Positions 41,663 to 53,572 are shown, counted from the first letter of the stretch. The stretch: DNA of 64,000 nt from an uncultured Phycisphaerales bacterium (GCA_963755915.1 CAVWLP010000002.1:1472001-1536000), one strand, 5' to 3'. The notes: a model not told the origin generated them from the letters alone. Made by a program: numbers and translations.

Positions 41663-44038
41663 TCATGCATTTTTTTGGCACAATAGATCTCTGCTTCTCC
41701 GCCGCCGCGCCATCGCTCCGATTCCGGCCGTTGCGGTCAGTCCCAAGCAGGCTGGCTCCGGCACGGCGGCAATGGTGGGGATTGGGAGATTGTTGGCGAT
41801 GGCGAAGGCGTCCAGCGCGGCGATGTCGCTCTCAGAGACACTTGCATCCGCGCCGTTATCCCCCTGCCCGAAATTCGCGGCCAGCGCGCTGAAATCGCTG
41901 CCGTTCACGGACGAGCCGTAGAGAAAATTCCCCTGGTCCCAGTTGGTATGCCCCGTTCCAAAATTCGCGGCCAGGATGCTGAAGTCGGAACCATTGACGG
42001 TCCCGTCGAGATTCGCGTCGCCGAGCAACGTATATTTCAATTCGATCTGGCCGGAGGAGAGACCAGCGACGATGCCGTCCCTGCCGTCGGCGAAGCCGAC
42101 GCCATAGTGGCCGCCCGAAGCCGCCGCGGTGAAGCTGGTGATGCCGGTGCTTCCGGCCCAGGTTCCGCCCGCGCAACCGGCTTCCAGATAACTGTAAATG
42201 GTCGAGATCGGATCGCTGGAACCGTAGGAGAGGAAGAGGTGCTCATTGGAGATATCGAGAATTCCGCCGGTGATGGTCAATCCCGCCCAGTGCTGGGGGC
42301 TGGCGAGGGTTACGTTGCCGCCGCTGATGTTTACGGCGAGGGTGGATGATGAGGGGGAGCCCGCGTCGGTTTGGAATGCGGCGGCGCCGGCGGTGTTGAA
42401 GAATGTCGCGCCATGTGCCCAGTTCTGTGTTCCGCCGAAGATCGCGGTGCCGGAATTGGTGAGGGATCCTGTCACGGCCAGGATACCCTCCGACATGAAC
42501 GTTCCGACGTTCACGACATTGGCCGCCGAGACCTGGGACGTATTGGTGAACGAGACGTTGTCGAAGAGCGTGGCGGTGACGCCGAGGATTTTTCCCGGGG
42601 TGATCGAAGCGTAGGCGCCGAGCAAATCGTCGGTATCGATGGTTAGTCCAGCGGCGCCGGTTATGTTGAGGGTGCCGGTGGTCCAGGTGAATGTTCCGCC
42701 GCTCATTTGGACGGAGGCGGTGTTGATGGTGCCGCCGCCGAGGGACAATGTTCCGCGGGTTTCGAGGTTGATGCCGAGGGGATCGGTGAAGGTTCCGTTA
42801 CCAGTGACGGCGAGCGTTCCCCTCGCTGTGGAGCCGGTGATCGGGGTGCCGATCTGGGTGCCGTTGGCGCTTGCGCTGCCACCGCTGAGGGAATAGTTTG
42901 CCGATCCGGTTTCGGAAGGTTCGGGTATTGCCAGGTTGCCATTATCGGTGTTGGTGCCTCCGGTTTGGGTGAAGCCTCCGGACCCGTCGCCGGCGATCGC
43001 CTCGAAGCCGGTGACAATGAGCGCGCCGGTGCCGCTGAGGTAGTATTGCCCGTCGCCGGGAATGCCGGCGTCGATTCCGGCGGCTCCCAGAGTGAGCGAG
43101 TTGGCGATATGGGTTCCGCCGGAGTGGTTAAAAACTCCTGGTCCGACCGCGCCAACATTCACGGCGCCAGAGTTAAGCGTGCCGGCTTCGAGATTAAAAG
43201 TTCCTGATCCCGCGTATTGGTTGTCTCCAACGCTAAGGTTGGTGGCAACGGTGGCGCCGCCGATCTGGGTATAAACTCCGGTTCCCTGGAATCCGACGGC
43301 GATGCCGCCGGTGGAATTCACGCCTCCGATTTGAAGGAAGGTGGCCCCGCCGATTCCGGAGCCATTTTCACCGATGGTCTCGCCGGTGGCATTGATGACG
43401 CCGTTGCCGCTGAGATTGTAGGTGCCGGTGCCGTAACTTTGGTTGACGACCAACTGCCCGTAGTTGCCTGTGCCGCCGGTCTGGGTGAAGGTCGCATTCC
43501 CGTTATAGCCGACGACAAGGTTGGTTGCCGTGAGGGTTGCGCTGCCGCTGAGATTGTAGACTCCGGAGTCAGATTGGTTGTAAGCGAGATAGAGCGTTGA
43601 GTTGGACAGTCCGGAAATGGAGTTGGTTCCTCCGCTCTGATCGATCTCGCCCTGCCCATTGGTGGAAGAGCCGGAATCGCCGACGTATTCATCGTTGGCG
43701 GAGAGATTGTTGGCGGAAATTTCCAGGTAAGAGACGGGCGTAGTGCGGCCCGACGGACTGGCGCTGATGTTCACCGTGTTCAGCGTGACCGCGGGGCCGG
43801 TGTAATCGTAAAGCACGTAACCACCGAACAACCCATCCCCCGGGACGAAGGCGCTGTCGCCCGCGCCGGGAACGCCCGAGGGATCCCAATTGGTGGCAGT
43901 AGACCAGTCGTCATTGCCGGATCCGCCAAACAACGCGGTTATCCATGTGTACGAGGTAGCCGAGTAACCGGCCGCCGCCGGGGACGTTGCGAGGGCGAGC
44001 GCAAAGAATTGCACTTTGCGATTGTTGCATTTCCTCAT
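41663..44038 (-). CDS. PEP-CTERM surface protein with a dockerin-like module
   Basis: Signal peptide; W....NW motif; Q.GG repeats; GDANLDG; VPEP-TM-RRRR. Confidence 0.88.
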   Translation of the reverse strand: MRKCNNRKVQFFALALATSPAAAGYSATSYTWITALFGGSGNDDWSTATNWDPSGVPGAGDSAFVPGDGLFGGYVLYDYTGPAVTLNTVNISASPSGRTTPVSYLEISANNLSANDEYVGDSGSSTNGQGEIDQSGGTNSISGLSNSTLYLAYNQSDSGVYNLSGSATLTATNLVVGYNGNATFTQTGGTGNYGQLVVNQSYGTGTYNLSGNGVINATGETIGENGSGIGGATFLQIGGVNSTGGIAVGFQGTGVYTQIGGATVATNLSVGDNQYAGSGTFNLEAGTLNSGAVNVGAVGPGVFNHSGGTHIANSLTLGAAGIDAGIPGDGQYYLSGTGALIVTGFEAIAGDGSGGFTQTGGTNTDNGNLAIPEPSETGSANYSLSGGSASANGTQIGTPITGSTARGTLAVTGNGTFTDPLGINLETRGTLSLGGGTINTASVQMSGGTFTWTTGTLNITGAAGLTIDTDDLLGAYASITPGKILGVTATLFDNVSFTNTSQVSAANVVNVGTFMSEGILAVTGSLTNSGTAIFGGTQNWAHGATFFNTAGAAAFQTDAGSPSSSTLAVNISGGNVTLASPQHWAGLTITGGILDISNEHLFLSYGSSDPISTIYSYLEAGCAGGTWAGSTGITSFTAAASGGHYGVGFADGRDGIVAGLSSGQIELKYTLLGDANLDGTVNGSDFSILAANFGTGHTNWDQGNFLYGSSVNGSDFSALAANFGQGDNGADASVSESDIAALDAFAIANNLPIPTIAAVPEPACLGLTATAGIGAMARRRRSRDLLCQKNA

Positions 44039-44158
44039 TGATCTCCGCTGATTTCTCCGTTGCCCCCAAGGCCATTCGTGCACGTCGCGCGAGATGGCGT
44101 TCATCAAGAAATTGCGAGCGCAATGCTAGCTGGCGAGTCTATTCGAAGCAACGAAAAA

Positions 44159-47100
44159 CTAATGCGGATCGCGGTTCGGGCACCGTCGCCGGCGAATCAG
44201 CGCACCGCCCAGAACCAAACCCGCCAAGCACGCATCGCACGGCTCGGGCACGTCAGCAAGCAATCCATTGGCGGCCGCGAAAGCGCGGAGCGCCGCGATG
44301 TCGCCCGGTGAGACGCTTGCATCCGCCCCGCTGTCGCCCTGCCCAAAATTCGCGGCCAGGGCGCTGAAGTTGGAGCCGTTCACCGATGAGGTATAGAGGA
44401 AATTTCCCTGGTCCCAGTTGGTATGCCCGAGGTTGAAATTGGCGGCCAGGATGCTGAAGTCGGAGCCGTTGACGGTGCCGTCGAGGTTCGCATCGCCGAG
44501 TAATGTGTACTTGATTTCGATCTGGCCCGAAGAGAGGCCGGAGACGATGTTGTCGGCGCCGTCGGCGTAGCCGATGCCGTAACGAAAGCCGTTGGTCGGA
44601 GTCTGCGCTTGTCGAAATGATTCCCGGGCCGTTCCAGTGGCCGTTGTTAAAGCCGCTACGGATATACCCGACGATCGCGGAGATCGGATCCGAGGCGGAG
44701 CCGAAATCGATGAACATGTGATTGTTGGTCAGATCGAGAACGCCATTGCCGGAGATTACCAGCGAGCCCTGTGAGCTTGCGCCGGAGCCGGCGGCGAGTT
44801 GCAGCGTCGCGCTGCCGCCGATGGCAAGGCTTCCCGCGTTTCCCTGATTTGTGATGCCGGGCATGGAGACAAATCCCGAGCCGGTGATGGCAAGCGATTC
44901 GGTGTTGAGAGTTGGCGTGGTCTGACTAAGCGAGAGGGTAAGTCCGGTGATGTTGACGTAAAGATTCGAGCCATCGGACGCGTCCTGCTCGACGTTCAGC
45001 GCGTTGTCGTGAAGGATGGCGCTGGCGGCGCCGGCGATTCCATAGGGGGGGTTAAAAGTTGAGTTATAAAAGTCGTAGTAATCGCCAGGTGCGCCGGGAA
45101 AAGCCTCGGCGGTGAGCGTGGGCTGCACCGTGGTTGAGGTTGCCGAAGCGGTGGCGGTGGCGGTGCCGCCGTTGCCGGGGACGTAGTTGGAGTAAGTGAC
45201 GGAGCCGCCCGCGCCGGCGGTTGCGATGGCGACCGCGGTGACCGGATCGGAGCCGGAGCCTGTCGCGGAAGCGGAGGCGCCGGCGTTTGCGCCGTTGCCG
45301 GCGTTGCCGGGGCCGTTGGTCCATCCTCCGACGTTGCCGGTGGCATTGGAGGTGACGCTGACGGCGCTGCTTCCGGGTGCGGTGCCGCTGGTGGTTCCAG
45401 CAGCGGTTGAGGTCGCGCTGCCACCAGTTCCGTTCTCGCTGAAATCTTCCATGGGTTGCACGGTGCCGCCGGTGGCGATCGCGTTGATCGTGACGTTGGC
45501 GGTGGCCGAGAGATTGACGTTGGTCGTCGCGGCGCCGCCGACGACATTGGTATTGCCGGCGAGAGTAAAACCGGCAGCGCCGCCGTAGGATTCGTAGTCG
45601 GCGCTGACGAGCGATTCACCGCTGGTGGCGGCTGAGACGGTACTGGTGGCTGAGCCACCGTTGCCGGGATAAATGCTGTCCGATTCTCCACCTGCGCCGC
45701 CGGTTGCGATCTGCCGCAGATCGAGCTCACCACCGGTTGAACCGGAGAGTACGTTGCTGAGGTTTTCATTGGCGCCGGGGAAAGCGATAGCGCCTGATAA
45801 TCCTGCGCCGCCTGCGCCGCCGGTCACCTCGGCATCGAGGGAGACTTTGCCGGTTTTGGAGTAAGCGTCATCGGAGGAGATTGAAGCGCCGCCGCCGTTG
45901 CCGCCGTAATTGCCGATGCCCTGGCCGCTGCCTCCCGCGCCACCGGTGGCGATGGCGGTGGCCGACACATTTCCCGCATAGGTGATCCCGTAAGAGGTGG
46001 CGGTTGCCCCGCCGCCGCCGCCCCCCGTGCCCGACGAGCTGTTGCCGCCAGCTCCGCCGACGGCGGTGGAGACAGAGGCGGCCGTGAAAGAGTTGAAGAC
46101 GGTGCCGCTGGTGCTTGCCGTTGCGGTGGCGGTGGCGCCACCGCCGGCGCCGCCGGTTCCGCCGGTTACATTCCCGCCTGCGCCGTCGGAGGAAGTTGGA
46201 TTCTGGTAGTTGGCATCTGCCGTGGCGCTGACATTGCACAACCTTTGGATGCTGATGGTGGCGGTTGAGGTTGCGCCCGGATCGCCGAGGCTGGTGGAAC
46301 CTCCTCCGTTTCCGCCGTAGGCGCTGACAGCCCCCGTGACCGGCGCTCCGTTGAGGTTGTCAGTGTTGGTCATCGTATAGGTGGACGAAGCATTGCCGGC
46401 GTTTCCGGGCGTGCCGGTGTCGGAGTTTCCGCCGGATCCACCGACGGCGCCCTGATCGAAATTGAACGACACACCGGGTTGGGGTATGGAGTTACTGAGG
46501 CTAACGCCATATCCGTTTCCGCCCCGAGCGCCGTTAACCCCCGCGCCACCGCTGCCGCCGGCTTCGAGCAATAGAATGTTGGCGCTGTTGGCGGTGATGG
46601 AGAGTCCGCCAAGGCTCGGTGCGCCGCCCGCGCCGCCGCTGTAGGATGCGCCGCTTCCGGTTCCGCCGTTGCCGCCGTAAAGGCTGATATCCATCAGGAT
46701 CCCGGTCGCGGAGTTGTCGTCGGTGCCGGTAAAGCTTGCCGATCCCCCGGCTCCGCCGTTGCCGCTGGCGGAGCTGGAGACGGAGCCGCCGTAGCCGGCG
46801 CTCACAACGCCCGTGAAGTAGGCGTAGGCGCTCATCGAAAAAGTGGCGGTCATCGAAGCATTGCCGCCGATTCCCGCGTTCCCGGTGCCGGAGGAGATTG
46901 CACCCCCGACGCCATTTGCCGATCCATTGGCGGCTTTGGCCGTCAAGTTGAGGTCGGCCGACCCGGTGGTGTTGATGGTCACCGTGGCCGTGCCTCCCGG
47001 CGCCGCGTTGGCGTTGGAATCAGCGCCGCCGTTGCCGCCCGAGGCGGCGTCGTATACGCCCAAACCGGTGGGGGCGATGGTGGAGTCGTATTCACCGCTG

Positions 47101-47955
47101 AAATTGGCGGAGGCGTTTCCGGCCGCGCCGGCGGTTCCACCGTTGCTGCTGCCGCCGTTGCCGCCGATGGCGGCCTGGCTGAGCTGGAGATTACCCCTCG
47201 ATGAGCCCCCGGGAATGTTGCTGATCGATTCGGAAGCGCCGGCGCCGCCGTTGCTCACGGTATAGTCGTTGCCGCCATTTCCGCCGGTGACGGTGGCGCT
47301 GGCGTTGACGTTATCCTCGTCTCCGTTGGAGTTGGTCTCCTGGGCGTAGACCTGGCTAATGGAGGCGACGCCGCCATCGCCGCCGCCGCCGATGGGGCCG
47401 AAGCCGGCGCCGGAGTCGCCGCCGTTGCCTCCGGTCGCGGTGGCGGTGGCGTTGGTGATGCTTTGGGTTGAAATAGCGCCGGCGTAGGAGTCGGCGGTCC
47501 CGCCGTCGCCGCCTGCGCCGCCTTCGCCTTGGGAGCCCTTGGAGGGGAATCCGCCGTCCCCGCCGTCGCCGCCGTTTCCCCCGCCGCTGACGGCGGATGC
47601 GCTCTCCACGCCGGCGTAGGTGCTCGTTTCCGTCGAGGCGGACGCCGTGCCGCTGCCGCCCGCGCCTCCTGCGCCGCCGGTTCCCCCCCTGGAGCCGCTC
47701 CCCGTGGTTCCCGATCCGCCGCCGCCGCCCGGTCCGCCCGTGGCGGTGGCGGAATTGGAGGTGTCCGCATTGCCGGAGAGGTTGGCGATGGCCCCGCCGC
47801 CCTCGCTCCCGGACTCTCCGGTGCCGTCGGTTCCGTAAGTTCCATAGGTGCCCATCTTGGTTTGCGTATCGGCGATCAGAAGGCGCGGAGCGACCCCCAC
47901 CGTCGCGGCCGCAACGGCAAGGGCGATCCGGGCCGGCGCGGAGTCTTCCCTGCAT
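44159..47955 (-). CDS. Gly/Ala/Thr-rich PEP-CTERM surface protein with a dockerin-like module (frameshifts near 47935 and 44605)
   Basis: [11 protein letters not shown]; GGxGG.G/ATA repeats; shared C-terminal cassette; VPEP-TM-RRRR. Confidence 0.85.
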
Positions 47956-48327
47956 TTCTGTCTCCTCTCAAACGGATGCGCAGTGCAACCGGTGAGTGAA
48001 ATGTCGGCCCCTTTTCTAGACTGGATTGGCGGGCATGATAGCAAAGTATTGCATAAATTCAATGTAAATGTTGAAGAAAAAACTAAACCCGCCGGCCGCA
48101 TCGAACTTCGCAGAAACCCCCTAAAATCGCCCGTGATCCTGCTTTTCTCGTAGCGGGGGAAATGGGCAATCCCCGCGGGCGCGGGTTTTGCCGGGCGACG
48201 CGGCGAAATTTGCGGCGATTCGCGGCGAAACTTAGTCCGACTCAAATTTAATTCGGGATAAGCGCGCTAGCCGATTGACCAATCAAAGCGGCGTCGCCGA
48301 ACGCGAATTTCACTCCCCGAGGCATGG

Positions 48328-49449
48328 ATGCTAAACCAGAATCGTCATCCCGTTCTTTACGTTCTTCACAGCAGCAACCTTTACGGCACCGAGCGGATGG
48401 CATTTGCGACCGCCCAGAGCCTGGAGGACGAATTTGAGACGATCTTCATCGGCCCGCCGGGGATCGGGCTGCTCGAGGCGCGGCGGCTTGGGTATGAGAC
48501 CCATTCCTATCGCACGAGCCGTCAACTGGCAGCCGTTTTGGCGCCGCTGCTTCGCAAATACCCCTCGCTGACGTTCGTCGGCACGGGGCCGCGGTATAAC
48601 CTGGTTTGCATCGCCCTCAATTTTTATTTCCGCTGTCGAATCCGGCAGCTTCAGATGGTGCATGGTGGCGGGGGGGAGTGGAACGATTACGGGCGCAAGA
48701 AAATCCTCAATCCGTTTAACGTCACGCTGGTCGGCGTTTCGGATTACGTACGGGACAAACTGATCGAATACGGCGTGCGGCCCGACCGGATTCAAGTCGT
48801 CAACAATTTCCTCCTGCCCGAGCAGGCACGCAGCGCGCCCCGGCGGGGGAAATTCATCACCGGCGTCCAGCGCGCGATCGTCGTGTCGCGCACCGTTCAG
48901 CTCAAACGGCTCGATTTGATCTTCGCGGCGATGGCCTGCCTGCCGGAGCTTGGACAATTGCCGATTGAGATCATCGGCGACGGACCCGAGCTGGCCACAC
49001 TGAGCCGGCAGGCGATCCAGTGGCATCCGAACGTCACATTTACCGGCTTTCGCGACGACGTGGCCCGGCGATACGCGCAATCCGATCTGCTGATTCACAC
49101 GTGTCCGACCGAGCCGTTCGGGCTGGTGATTCTGGAAGCAATGGCCGCGCGGGTGCCGGTGCTCGTTCCCGATACCGGCGGGGCGGCTTCGCTGGTGAAG
49201 GACGGGGTGAGCGGGTTCACGTTCAAAGCGAACGATCCGGTTGACCTGGCTCGCCGCCTCGCGGAATTGCGCGCCGCCGATCCGGATCTGCTTAACCGGA
49301 TCGTGGAAAACGCGGCCGCCCAGCTCGCCACGCGGTTTTCCGCGGAATTGGCCACAGACCGATATCGCACGCTGTTTGCTCCGGAAGAGCGTGTTTCGCC
49401 GTGGAGAATTATGCCCGCGAAGAAGCCGGCGGTGTTGAAGGCGGCGTAG
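48328..49449 (+). CDS. GT4 family glycosyltransferase
   Basis: G.E, VS, K, GDG, EPFGLVILEAMA. Confidence 0.9.
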   Translation: MLNQNRHPVLYVLHSSNLYGTERMAFATAQSLEDEFETIFIGPPGIGLLEARRLGYETHSYRTSRQLAAVLAPLLRKYPSLTFVGTGPRYNLVCIALNFYFRCRIRQLQMVHGGGGEWNDYGRKKILNPFNVTLVGVSDYVRDKLIEYGVRPDRIQVVNNFLLPEQARSAPRRGKFITGVQRAIVVSRTVQLKRLDLIFAAMACLPELGQLPIEIIGDGPELATLSRQAIQWHPNVTFTGFRDDVARRYAQSDLLIHTCPTEPFGLVILEAMAARVPVLVPDTGGAASLVKDGVSGFTFKANDPVDLARRLAELRAADPDLLNRIVENAAAQLATRFSAELATDRYRTLFAPEERVSPWRIMPAKKPAVLKAA

Positions 49450-49552
49450 AGCGCGGCGACTCCATTTAAGCGCGGCATCCCTCAGAAAAATCGATGCGGC
49501 ATATCTCGATGAGGAAACCTCCACCTTTTTCCGCACTCGTGTCCCCCTTTTT

Positions 49553-49592
49553 CCCCCTCTCCCGGTACGCCGGGAGAGGGCTGGGGTGAGGG
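49553..49592. repeat. REP-like palindrome (copy 3)
   Basis: CCCCCTCTCCCGGTACGCCGGGAGAGGGCTGGGGTGAGGG. Confidence 0.75.
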
Positions 49593-49873
49593 CCTGAATG
49601 CATCCCGCAAGATCGTGGCCGCCATGCCTCAACGCCGGCCTTCCTCAACGAGTTTGCGAGTCGTCAAATTCCTCGCAAGAGAAGTTCGGGGGAAATTGAT
49701 CAGTCCGCGAACAGCCTTTTTTGTCCCCGCTCGCCGCGCCGGTGAAATTGGTTTAATCCTTGTTGCCGGTTTATCCGCGCATGTTGTTGAAGTCTTTTTC
49801 ATGATGTCGGTTTATAGTCCGTTCAAGAATCAGCGTTTGGGATTGCCCCATCGGCGGAAGAGTTCCTATCCGC

Positions 49874-51189
49874 CTACGGATTAGCTGTCGCGTTACCAGC
49901 GGTGTGCACAGCCTTGCGCCGGCGGCGATGGTCTTTATAATGTGTTCGTCGCTGTGCGCACATCCCACAAACATCGCCTCAAACTGGCTCGGCGCAAGCA
50001 TTACGCCTTCTTCCAGCATCGCGTGGAAAAATCGCCCATACGCCGCCGTATCGCAAGCCGTCGCCTCTTTATAATTCGAAACCGCTTTCCCCTTCTTCAC
50101 AAAAAACGGCGTAAGCATCGACCCGACTCGATTGACCACCATCGGCACGCCCGCCTCATTGGCCGCGTCGATCAATCCCGCCTCCAGCGCCGCCGATCGC
50201 TGCTCCAACGTGTCATACGATCCCGGCTCCTTCATGATTTCCAGCGTCGCCAGCCCGGCGCTCATCGCCACCGGATTTCCGCTCAGCGTCCCCGCCTGGT
50301 AGACGCTTCCCGCGGGGCTGACCTGCTCCATCAGATTCCGCGACCCCGCATACGCCCCCACCGGCAATCCGCCGCCGATGATTTTTCCCAGGCAGGTCAG
50401 ATCGGCGCTTACGCCATAAATCGCCTGCGCCCCGCCAAATGCAACGCGAAAGCCCGTCATCACCTCGTCAAAAATCAGCAGCGACCCATGCTTTGAGCAG
50501 AGCTGCCGCAGTCCCGGCAGATATTCGGGATCGGGCGGCACCACGCCCATGTTTCCCGCGATTGGCTCCACGATGAAGCAGGCGATTTCCTTCCCATGCT
50601 GCGAGAATAATTTCTGCGCCGCTGCCAGGTCGTTATAAGGCGCCAGCAGCGTGCAGCTTGTGATCGGCTTGGGCACGCCCGGACTTGAAGGCGTCCCCAG
50701 TGTCAGCGCACCGCTTCCCGCCTGCACCAGCAGGGCGTCGGAATGCCCGTGATAGCATCCGATACATTTGACAATTTTATCGCGTCCGGTTGCCGCCCGG
50801 GCCAGGCGGATGGCGCTCATCACCGCTTCGGTTCCGCTGTTCACGAACCGCACCATCTCCAGGTGCGGCATGGCCGCGATGATCTCCTCCGCCAGATCGG
50901 TCTCCGCCTCGGTAGGGGCCCCAAAGCTCGTGCCGCGCCCGATCGCCTTGGCGATCGCCGCCACCACGCGCTCATTCGCGTGCCCCGCGATCAGCGGACC
51001 GTAGCTGGCAACGTAATCGATATAGGAATTCCCATCGACATCCTTGACCACGCACCCTCTTCCCTCGCCAATAAACACCGGCGTCCCGCCCACGGCCTTG
51101 AACGCCCGCACCGGCGAAGAAACGCCGCCGGGCATCACCCGCGAGGCGCGGGAATAAGCGGCGATCGACTTGGTGAAATCCAAACCCAT
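49874..51189 (-). CDS. hemL: Glutamate-1-semialdehyde 2,1-aminomutase (3' end uncertain; the ORF as given runs to 49771)
   Basis: [55 protein letters not shown]. Confidence 0.95.
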
Positions 51190-51200
51190 GGTTCTGAATC

Positions 51201-51830
51201 TTACGAACGTGGAATATTCCCAACAATGCTCTTGACCACCGCCGCCAGATTCTTCAGCGCCAGCTTCGAATTGCTCTGCAATCGCATCATGACCGGGACC
51301 AGGCCCGGATGGAACATCAAATCCGTCGACACCTTCGCCATCTTCGGCTCGCCGACCTCATCGACCCACGTTGCGATCCGGTCTGGCAGCGCCTCATCGG
51401 CGCGATCGCTGATCGCCCGAATATGAATGAATTCCTTCCCCGCCTCCTCGCAATACCGGCGGACGACCAGGCTTTCCATATCAACCGCAATGCATCCGCT
51501 CTCGCGAAATATCCGTTGCTTCTCTGTGACCGAACTGATGAGCTGCGGCGAAGGGTAGATTTTCCCGCGGCGAACTCCCCCTCCCTTTTCCTCGCCAGGG
51601 GCGGTGAAAGCAGGGGGGGCATCGAGAACGACATCACCAATACTTAGCCCCGGATCCAGCCCTCCCCCCAACCCCGCAAGAATGATCCGATCGAATCGGG
51701 CCAACACCCCAGGGTCAAGAATTTTCGCCCCGATTCCGATAATTTCGAGCGGAATATCGTCCGCGGCCGGCGCGATGGCCCCGGCTTCCATCTTCATCGC
51801 CGCAAGGATTATGCAATTTTCACTCGCCAT
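51201..51830 (-). CDS. hpnG: Nucleoside phosphorylase-family protein, hopanoid-associated (HpnG-like)
   Basis: G..GGL, VDMES, RAISD motifs; divergent from hpnH. Confidence 0.7.
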   Translation of the reverse strand: MASENCIILAAMKMEAGAIAPAADDIPLEIIGIGAKILDPGVLARFDRIILAGLGGGLDPGLSIGDVVLDAPPAFTAPGEEKGGGVRRGKIYPSPQLISSVTEKQRIFRESGCIAVDMESLVVRRYCEEAGKEFIHIRAISDRADEALPDRIATWVDEVGEPKMAKVSTDLMFHPGLVPVMMRLQSNSKLALKNLAAVVKSIVGNIPRS

Positions 51831-51879
51831 TGTGCGACCATTGTAACTACCGCCCCCCAGCGGGTATGCTCCCGATTCT

Positions 51880-53003
51880 ATGCCAGTCCCGGTCTCACAG
51901 ATGTGGACGGTTGCGACCTACGTGCTACGCCAGAAGCTGGCCGGCCGCAAACGCTATCCGCTCGTCCTGATGCTCGAGCCCCTCTTCCGCTGCAACCTCG
52001 CCTGCGCCGGCTGCGGCAAGATCCAGTATCCCGCCCACGTCCTGAAAAAGAATCTCACCCCCGAGCAATGCTTCAAGGCCGTCGAGGAATGCGGCGCGCC
52101 CATGGTCAGCATCCCCGGCGGCGAGCCGCTGCTCCACCCGCAGATCGACGAAATCGTCGCCGGCCTCGTCGCCCGCAAAAAATACGTCTACCTCTGCACC
52201 AACGCCCTGCTCCTGAAGGAAAAGCTCGACCTCTTCAAGCCGAGCAAATATCTCACCTTCAGCGTCCACATGGACGGCCAGCGCGACCACCACGATTTTT
52301 CCGTCTGCCGCGAGGGCGGCTACGACATCGCCGTCGAGGGAATCCGCGAAGCCGTCAAGCGCGGCTTCCGCGTCACCACCAACACCACCCTCTTCGACGG
52401 CACCGACCCCAACAGCGTCCGCGCCTTCTTCGACGAAATGATGGACCTCGGCGTCGAGGGAATGATGCTCTCGCCCGGCTACAGCTACGATAAAGCCCCC
52501 GATCAGCAGCATTTCCTCGGCCGCGCCCGCACCCGCCGACTCTTCGGCGCCATCCTCAGCAACCGCAAGAAACGCTGGAAATTCAACCAGAGCCCCCTCT
52601 TCCTCGAATTCCTCATGGGCCGCCGAAATATCGCTGCACCCCCTGGGGCATGCCCACGTTCAACGTCTTCGGCTGGCAGAAGCCCTGCTATCTCCTCCAG
52701 GACGGCTACTGCGAAACCTTCGCCGAGCTGATCGAAACCACCGAGTGGGAGCGCTACGGCACCGAAAGCGGCAACCGCAAGTGCGCCAACTGCATGGTCC
52801 ACAGCGGCTATGAAGCCAGCGCCGTCGACGACACCTTCGGATCGATCGCCGGAATCATCCGCACCGCCAAGGCGACTCTGTTTGGCCGAGACTACGCCGA
52901 CGAGAAGGCGCTGCAGACCTTGAAGGAGCCGTTCCCGGCGGCGCAAGAGCAACGGGTGGAGCTGACGATTCATAAAACCGGGAAGGAAATGGAAACGGTC
53001 TAG
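51880..53003 (+). CDS. hpnH: Radical SAM adenosyl-hopene transferase (frameshift near 52630)
   Basis: [47 protein letters not shown]. Confidence 0.93.
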
Positions 53004-53005
53004 TA

Positions 53006-53125
53006 GAAAACCAGAATCCCGAAACCAGAATGACGAATCAAACCAGAAATCAGAATGACGAATGAGTTTTCGTCATTTGGTAATTCGGATTTGATTCGGG
53101 TTTCGGATTTCTGGTTTCGGGTTTA
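53006..53125. repeat. Heptamer-based inverted-repeat element (divergent copy)
   Basis: Core GAATGACGAATCAAA at 53028-53042; inverted arm ending GGATTTCTGGTTTCGGGTTT. Confidence 0.75.
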
Positions 53126-53131
53126 ACCCTT

Positions 53132-53557
53132 ATGCCTCAGGAAACCAAATCCCGTCCCTTCGACGCCGAGCACGCGGAAACCGTCCCCGGCTTCGAGCAC
53201 GAAAACTTTGAGGGCCTCATCCCCTCACTGGCCACCGACGACGAAATCCGCGCCGCCCTCGAAAAAGCCTTCGACTACCGCGGCGACGTCACCATCACCC
53301 GCAAAGACGGCACCTCCATCGAGGGCTACATCTTCGACCGCCGCACCGGCAAAACCCTCGCCGACTCATCCGTTCGCCTTTTCCCCAAGGACCGCGACGA
53401 GAAAATCTCCATCTCCTTCGCCGACATCGCGAAACTCGCCTTCACCGGCCGCGACACGGCCGCGGGGAAGAGCTTCGAAACGTGGGTGAAGAAATACCGC
53501 GAGAAAAAAGCCGCTGGCGAGAAAAACATCCGGTTGGAGCCGGAAAAACTGGATTGA
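53132..53557 (+). CDS. Conserved-looking hypothetical protein downstream of hpnH (possible Sm-like fold)
   Basis: Strong codon bias; AFDYRGDVTITRKDG..IEGYIFD pattern. Confidence 0.75.
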   Translation: MPQETKSRPFDAEHAETVPGFEHENFEGLIPSLATDDEIRAALEKAFDYRGDVTITRKDGTSIEGYIFDRRTGKTLADSSVRLFPKDRDEKISISFADIAKLAFTGRDTAAGKSFETWVKKYREKKAAGEKNIRLEPEKLD

Positions 53558-53572
53558 CCGGCTTCTCCTCTC

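Noticed and set aside
39580-44590. Diversity-generating retroelement (template/variable repeats)
   Set aside because: No reverse transcriptase in the window; repeat differences look mostly synonymous rather than adenine-specific, and all copies are coding
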